Virus record (IMG/VR): IMGVR_UViG_3300049491_000113
Coordinates: 1 to 32,524 of that record
Length of the DNA: 32,524 bases
Source of the DNA: a virus
Lineage: Duplodnaviria; Caudoviricetes
Strand: one strand, 5' to 3'
In this document: positions 28,057-32,524 of the stretch, piece after piece
Position numbering within the stretch: position 1 is the stretch's first letter
Layout: the number at the start of each line of letters is the position of its first letter
Made by a program: the position numbers and the translations under genes
Notes under the pieces: model-generated
What the model was told of the DNA's origin: nothing
Databases searched by the model: none
What the model saw: the letters and a program-made list of their open reading frames with translations, nothing else

Positions 28057-30423
28057 TTAATCCGATAAAATTTCTACCATTTCACCAGTAGCATAGTTTT
28101 TAACCATTTTTTTTGTACCGTAACTATTTTCACTTAAATTATGTACCGTATCTTTTGTTACCCGATACCACTTTTTATATTTTCTATAGCCACCTGGTGG
28201 GTGATTAAAAACAAATCCTAAACTGCGTAAAATTCTACCAACAGCATTTCTTTCTTTTTTACTAACCCTACTTATTTCCATACCTAAACCACCATCAGGA
28301 TTAACGTTATCAGTTAAAAATTTCATAATATTTATTTCATCTTTATGTTTCACATACTCAGCAACAATTTCATACCACGGCTCATTTTCTGGGCTATCAT
28401 CCTTATCGATATTCATACGTTTTGAGTAAATTTCATCCATATACTCCATAGGTATTTCCCAGTGTGTTTCATCTGTTTTTGAACGGTATACAGCTTCTGC
28501 AAGTATCTGCTCGCGGTCTTGATTTATGAGGTCTAGTTGTATTTTTGTAGCTTTAATAGGCCAGTAACGTCTGTTACCAGTTGAATCGGATAAGTAGTCT
28601 GATTTATTAGTTGTACCTACAAATATGCAGGTTCTAGGATTATCTGTCGTTGCCGCTGCATAAGGCTTACGATATCTGTCTGTCTGTGTTGATAGCATTT
28701 TCTTAAGCGTTGTAGATTCAGCCTTACGAAATGAGTCTAGTTCTTCGATCTCAACAAGCATTCGACCTTGAAGCTTAAGGTAAAAATCCTTATCAGATGG
28801 GTCTTCGTTGGTTGTATCGTAGTATAATGCACCAGCTAATGCTTGCAATCCAGATGACTTTAAAAGTCCTTGCGATCCCTCTAAGATAACCATGTTATCA
28901 AACTTAGTACCTGGCTTAAACACACGCCTAACCATAGCAATAAGCATATTTTTTGATACAGCTGATGTATAATTAGTATCTTTGGCCCCAAAATAATACG
29001 AAAAGAACTTATCAACTCTTGGTTGCTTATCCCAAACAAGAGAATCTAGATAAGCAACAGCAAGGTTTTTTCGATTAACATAAAACACATAATCAAGGGC
29101 ATCTTTAACTGCAGATCTAGACATTTTAGGTATTTGAAAATAAGTCTGCATGGTATTTAAAATAAGAACTTCAATATCTTCAGAATAAGGCTTACCACAG
29201 AAGTACCTTTGGCATTTGAACTCATCGTAAACAAAGGCGTTTATAAAGAGATTTGATTTAACAAGTATTTTAATTGCATTTGCAGCATTTGCTATTGCAA
29301 TTTGGGTCTCAAGAGGCACATCAAGCCCCAGTGTTCGCCAAATGGCCTGAATATTTTTTGGTGCGGGTTTAATAGTTTCATTACCGACTGTAACTTCGTT
29401 TTTAGGTGATTCATCATCTGGGGCAACTTCGGCTTGTTTTAGTTGTGGCTCTTCGGTTAATAATTTAGCTGGTTTTTTTACTGAATTAAGCGTTGTGATT
29501 AGATTATCTTTCGGCCAGTCTGATTTTTTAGCATCAGCAATATCCCAAGATTCTGGCAAATCAGGTATTTTTTCAACATCACAATATTCAATTTTATCAG
29601 TTAGTGCGGATATTTTAGAAACAATGTAATACAAATATTTATAACCAGGGCTATCGTTGTCTGGAATAATTAAAACAGACCTGTTTTTTAAGTCAGAGAA
29701 ATCAGTTTTTTTAATACCAGAATTGCCACCCATCCATGTTGTAATAATGACCTTAGATGAGCCAAAGTATTCTTGTGCGGCATCAACAGTGGGCTCTCCC
29801 TCTACGATTACAATTTTAGCATCTGGATATTTATTAAAAAGATGTAAGTTATAAAGTTTTGTTTTAGTCGGCTGTTTATAATCCCAGCCGCCAGGTTTAG
29901 TTTCATCAACTCTGTATTGCCTTGAGGTTTTATCGATTACTATTTCTTGAGTTTCAGGATTAATTTCTTCGGTTTTAAATCTGCATGTTGCGGCAGTTAC
30001 TACGCCATCGATGTCACGCCAAATCCAGTGCTTAACATATTCATATTTAATATATTCAGTATCTTTAATTTTAAAGTTAGGTAGCCGCTGATTTGCATCT
30101 TGCTTTGGTTCAATGTAACCAATTCTTTGAGCAAGCTCATGTGCCGCCTGTTGTTTAGATATAGATTTAATTTTCATATAAAGATTTAAGAAACCATATC
30201 CAGAATCAGTAAAACCATTTGCGAAATCAGACCAAGGATTTTTTTCTTTGCGGATATTAAACTTAAATGACTTGCCAGAACCGCCTAAAATAGAACCAGC
30301 CTCATACTCTGATCCGTTAAAGTCACCACCAGAAACTAGATCGACGATTAATGTTTCTGCTCTTTGAGACAATTGATATTCAAGTGATTCAAAATCATAA
30401 TAAGGAAAACGTTTTTTTTCCAT
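28057..30423 (-). CDS. DNA primase (TOPRIM) fused to a VapE/VirE-family P-loop helicase
   Basis: 788 aa; IVIVEGE..VDA and IIPDND.PG (TOPRIM); PG.KFD....LEG.QG..KS, VEIEEL, D.YR.PY.......PR.CIF.GTTN...YL.D.TGNRRYWP (VapE). Confidence 0.9.
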   Translation of the reverse strand: MEKKRFPYYDFESLEYQLSQRAETLIVDLVSGGDFNGSEYEAGSILGGSGKSFKFNIRKEKNPWSDFANGFTDSGYGFLNLYMKIKSISKQQAAHELAQRIGYIEPKQDANQRLPNFKIKDTEYIKYEYVKHWIWRDIDGVVTAATCRFKTEEINPETQEIVIDKTSRQYRVDETKPGGWDYKQPTKTKLYNLHLFNKYPDAKIVIVEGEPTVDAAQEYFGSSKVIITTWMGGNSGIKKTDFSDLKNRSVLIIPDNDSPGYKYLYYIVSKISALTDKIEYCDVEKIPDLPESWDIADAKKSDWPKDNLITTLNSVKKPAKLLTEEPQLKQAEVAPDDESPKNEVTVGNETIKPAPKNIQAIWRTLGLDVPLETQIAIANAANAIKILVKSNLFINAFVYDEFKCQRYFCGKPYSEDIEVLILNTMQTYFQIPKMSRSAVKDALDYVFYVNRKNLAVAYLDSLVWDKQPRVDKFFSYYFGAKDTNYTSAVSKNMLIAMVRRVFKPGTKFDNMVILEGSQGLLKSSGLQALAGALYYDTTNEDPSDKDFYLKLQGRMLVEIEELDSFRKAESTTLKKMLSTQTDRYRKPYAAATTDNPRTCIFVGTTNKSDYLSDSTGNRRYWPIKATKIQLDLINQDREQILAEAVYRSKTDETHWEIPMEYMDEIYSKRMNIDKDDSPENEPWYEIVAEYVKHKDEINIMKFLTDNVNPDGGLGMEISRVSKKERNAVGRILRSLGFVFNHPPGGYRKYKKWYRVTKDTVHNLSENSYGTKKMVKNYATGEMVEILSD

Positions 30424-30456
30424 AAATACCCCTCTTAAAATGTATTAATTAAATTC

Positions 30457-30526
30457 CGAGAGAGAGATAATATAGATGGGCTCTCTTCGTATGTATTTAG
30501 TCACGGTAAATGCCAGTAAATACATA
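30457..30526 (-). promoter_or_regulatory. Two adjacent inverted repeats in the primase 5' leader
   Basis: TATGTATTTA (30490-99) / TAAATACATA (30517-26) and CGAGAGAGAG / CTCTCTTCG (30457-30489). Confidence 0.4.
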
Positions 30527-30590
30527 ATACAATACAAAAGCGGTGCGTGATTATTAATTAATCCGAGTGATGAGTGACGCAGTGTTAGGT

Positions 30591-30983
30591 CTACGGCTGA
30601 GACACTACAGATAGTAAAGTCTCAGCATCCATGATTTCTGAAGTTATGAGAGATATACCGCCAGCGTCTTTGACCGTATTAGCCCATGCGATTTGTTCAG
30701 GCGTTGGTTTTCCGCGTGATGATTTATATTCTATAGAGCAGAACACAGCTACGGTATTGCCGACATCGGAGTAAGTGATTTTTTTAGGTAGCCATCCGAT
30801 TGTGTCTGCAGAGCCGGTTGCGAGGCCCATGCGTATCATACGTGGTTTTTTAATGAGAATATCGCCGTTTTTTAACCTGTGAGTCTCGCCTTGATATGCA
30901 ACGCCAGAATTGTTTCTAAAAAGCCGTCCACCCAGCTTAGATATAAGTAGCATGAAATGATTCTGTAGGGTTTTTTCAGACAT
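30591..30983 (-). CDS. VRR-NUC domain nuclease (PD-(D/E)xK fold)
   Basis: 130 aa; E..LQ, RLFRNNSG, GL..GSAD.IG, F..IE.K...G..T.EQ..W...V...GG motifs. Confidence 0.85.
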   Translation of the reverse strand: MSEKTLQNHFMLLISKLGGRLFRNNSGVAYQGETHRLKNGDILIKKPRMIRMGLATGSADTIGWLPKKITYSDVGNTVAVFCSIEYKSSRGKPTPEQIAWANTVKDAGGISLITSEIMDAETLLSVVSQP

Positions 30984-31052
30984 TAGTTAACCTGTCTTGC
31001 GTGGATAATACCCTGTAATTTTTAATCGTATTCATAGCCATGTCTAAGTCGA

Positions 31053-31283
31053 TTATTTATCCTTAGCGTTTAAATAATTCATGTAGTTTTCTGTGTAAGC
31101 TTCGAACTTCTGCGCAGCTGCAAAAGATTTTTTAATTACGGTGGCAACGTCTGTTGCGGTTAATCCAAACTCTACGTTATTACAAAAAATTACTCTAGCC
31201 ATGTCAGCTACTTGCATACCGACTTGCATGATAGTTTTTTCATCTGCAGGGGGTACGAAGTCTGGCAATTCTGTTGTTTCCAT
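31053..31283 (-). CDS. Hypothetical protein
   Basis: 76 aa; SD GAGGAG. Confidence 0.65.
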   Translation of the reverse strand: METTELPDFVPPADEKTIMQVGMQVADMARVIFCNNVEFGLTATDVATVIKKSFAAAQKFEAYTENYMNYLNAKDK

Positions 31284-31293
31284 GATTAGCTCC

Positions 31294-31449
31294 TCAGTTA
31301 AATTGGTTGTTTAGTGAATTTATATAAGATCGTGAGTAGCCATGAGTGCTAGACCAGTCAGAGTCTGCGATGTCTTCGGTCTTTGGATCGTCGCATACAC
31401 ATTCAGATTCTTCGCATTCTATGCAAATATCTTCTGTTGATTCATCCAT
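31294..31449 (-). CDS. Small acidic Cys-rich protein (51 aa, MDESTEDICIECEESECVCDDP...)
   Basis: Manual translation; SD-like GAGGG; overlaps the stop of the upstream gene and ends at the SD of the next. Confidence 0.55.
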   Translation of the reverse strand: MDESTEDICIECEESECVCDDPKTEDIADSDWSSTHGYSRSYINSLNNQFN

Positions 31450-31651
31450 TTGTTCGCCCTCTAGCATTATAATCGCAAGTTAAGCATACGCGATTAGTTT
31501 TAAAATTTTGTGAGTAGAAATCTTTTTCGCACTTAAGACATGGTTTTATTCCATGCTCAATCAAAGTTAGGCCGAGTGATTTACGTATTTTATTAATCTC
31601 GTCGATTTCTTTAATCAAACGCTCTAAACTAATTTCTGGTATTATACTCAT
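31442..31651 (-). CDS. Small zinc-finger protein
   Basis: 69 aa; CLKC...F.S....NRVCLTC. Confidence 0.65.
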   Translation of the reverse strand: MSIIPEISLERLIKEIDEINKIRKSLGLTLIEHGIKPCLKCEKDFYSQNFKTNRVCLTCDYNARGRTNG

Positions 31652-31705
31652 CTATGATTGAATCGTACGGAGCTGGTTGCCCGTGTCTATATGTATTGCC
31701 AGGCG

Positions 31706-31870
31706 TTATGTTGTAGATAGCTGAGTCCACCATACACGAATCGTATAAGTGCCACTAAAATTCTTCGTTTCTATCGCTTCAATCTTAATCTTAGATAGGT
31801 CAATCATAGTATTCATGTAGCTGCATGCTTTTTCTAAAGTCTGACCTCTGTAATCTGTATAATGAATCAT
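31706..31870 (-). CDS. Hypothetical protein (54 aa, MIHYTDYRGQTLEKACSY...IRVWWTQLSTT)
   Basis: Manual translation; perfect SD TAAGGAGGT upstream of the ATG. Confidence 0.65.
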   Translation of the reverse strand: MIHYTDYRGQTLEKACSYMNTMIDLSKIKIEAIETKNFSGTYTIRVWWTQLSTT

Positions 31871-31889
31871 ATTTACCTCCTTAGTCCAG

Positions 31890-32387
31890 TTAACAAATTA
31901 AGTTCTCAAGCCGATAAATTTGTATGGGCACAAGCGAATTCCAAACTGTTTTACAAATGCAGTTACAGTTACTTCCTTTATAATTGGGTTGATTGCTGGC
32001 TTTGGCATCTCTAATTGGTTCCTTAACAAAAACTATTCTACGTTTAAAGATTACACAGAAAAGCTGATTAAAAATCTGGAAAACGATATTGCTAACAAAA
32101 GCAAAGAACTTGATTATGCTCGAGCTCAGGCAGAGCAATATAGACATGATTGCAGCAACGAAAAAGCCAGATACGAGGCCGTATCTAAAATACTCGTTAG
32201 CGATACTATTAGGTGCAAGGCTTGCGGAAGCAGCATACAATTCACCACTAAACATGAAGACAAGACATATAGTTCTTATGTTTATAATTTTAAGTGCTCT
32301 TTGCCATCTTGTGGCTTGAATTTTACAATTGATGAGTACAACTTTAAAAAACTCTACAATGAAAAAAAGTAGTCTAAACGCTTTCAT
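31890..32387 (-). CDS. Hydrophobic hypothetical ORF, antisense to the + strand gene
   Basis: 165 aa; SD-like AAAGGT; ATG 3 nt after the HTH gene stop; ends just before the next SD; the protein sequence itself looks atypical. Confidence 0.4.
   Translation of the reverse strand: MKAFRLLFFIVEFFKVVLINCKIQATRWQRALKIINIRTICLVFMFSGELYAASASLAPNSIANEYFRYGLVSGFFVAAIMSILLCLSSSIIKFFAFVSNIVFQIFNQLFCVIFKRRIVFVKEPIRDAKASNQPNYKGSNCNCICKTVWNSLVPIQIYRLENLIC
31920..32372 (+). CDS. Membrane-anchored coiled-coil protein with a C-terminal zinc ribbon (moron-like)
   Basis: About 150 aa; TM (VTVTSFIIGLIAGFGI), coiled coil, CKAC...CSLPSC; start codon uncertain (TTG, no clear SD). Confidence 0.55.
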   Translation: MYGHKRIPNCFTNAVTVTSFIIGLIAGFGISNWFLNKNYSTFKDYTEKLIKNLENDIANKSKELDYARAQAEQYRHDCSNEKARYEAVSKILVSDTIRCKACGSSIQFTTKHEDKTYSSYVYNFKCSLPSCGLNFTIDEYNFKKLYNEKK

Positions 32388-32390
32388 TTT

Positions 32391-32524
32391 TTACCTTTCG
32401 TTACTTTCTAAAGATTCGTGCATTGTTTCTCTTTCTTTCAGAAGCCAATGAACCAATTGTCTAGAAACACCATATTCGTCTGCTATTTGTTGTTGTGCAT
32501 ATCCCATATCAAAAAGTAAAAATA
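32391..32524 (-). CDS. Helix-turn-helix DNA-binding protein, 5'-truncated by the window edge
   Basis: Manual translation ...LFDMGYAQQQIADEYGVSRQLVHWLLKERETMHESLESNER*; classic IA...GVSRQ.V HTH. Confidence 0.75.
   Translation of the reverse strand, partial: FLLFDMGYAQQQIADEYGVSRQLVHWLLKERETMHESLESNER

Noticed and set aside
31924-31983. Short + strand ORF MGTSEFQTVLQMQLQLLPL as a frameshifted start of the 150-aa gene
   Set aside because: The 150-aa frame is already open through this region and gives a good TM segment; no evidence that a shift is required
1-32524. Genome-wide stop-codon reassignment, tRNA/rRNA genes, integrase
   Set aside because: Genes end normally at TAA, TAG and TGA under code 11; the terL break also needs a frame change, so readthrough cannot explain it; no RNA genes or integrase were recognised

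Overview
A 32.5-kb, AT-rich (by eye about 35-37% GC) segment of a tailed dsDNA phage with podovirus-type (short, non-contractile tail) architecture, most like the Bordetella BPP-1 / Salmonella epsilon15 group. Nearly all genes are on the minus strand. In transcription order (right to left): an HTH protein and small early genes, a VRR-NUC nuclease, a TOPRIM primase-VapE/VirE helicase fusion followed by an iteron-like putative origin, terminase small subunit, a permuted papain-like (YiiX/YaeF) enzyme, terminase large subunit, GNAT, portal, Bbp19-like protein, scaffold, major capsid, two cement-type proteins, tail adaptor and nozzle, three internal/ejection proteins (including a 2576-aa polyvalent protein with ADP-ribosyltransferase-like and HExxH metallopeptidase modules), tail fibre genes and a holin-like gene. 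The most striking feature is that terL is split inside its Walker A motif by a 5-nt insert (TGT ACT TA ACT GGA CCT GGT AAG TCT). The layout is take-off codon ACU, stop UAA, matching landing codon ACU, which makes it a candidate programmed ribosomal bypass in an essential gene; a mutation or assembly error cannot be excluded. Other notable items are a codon-aligned antiparallel gene pair, a tail-module protein with a signal peptide, and an unannotated 19-aa Lys-rich peptide. All product calls come from motif recognition and gene order only; no database searches were run and the host cannot be determined.
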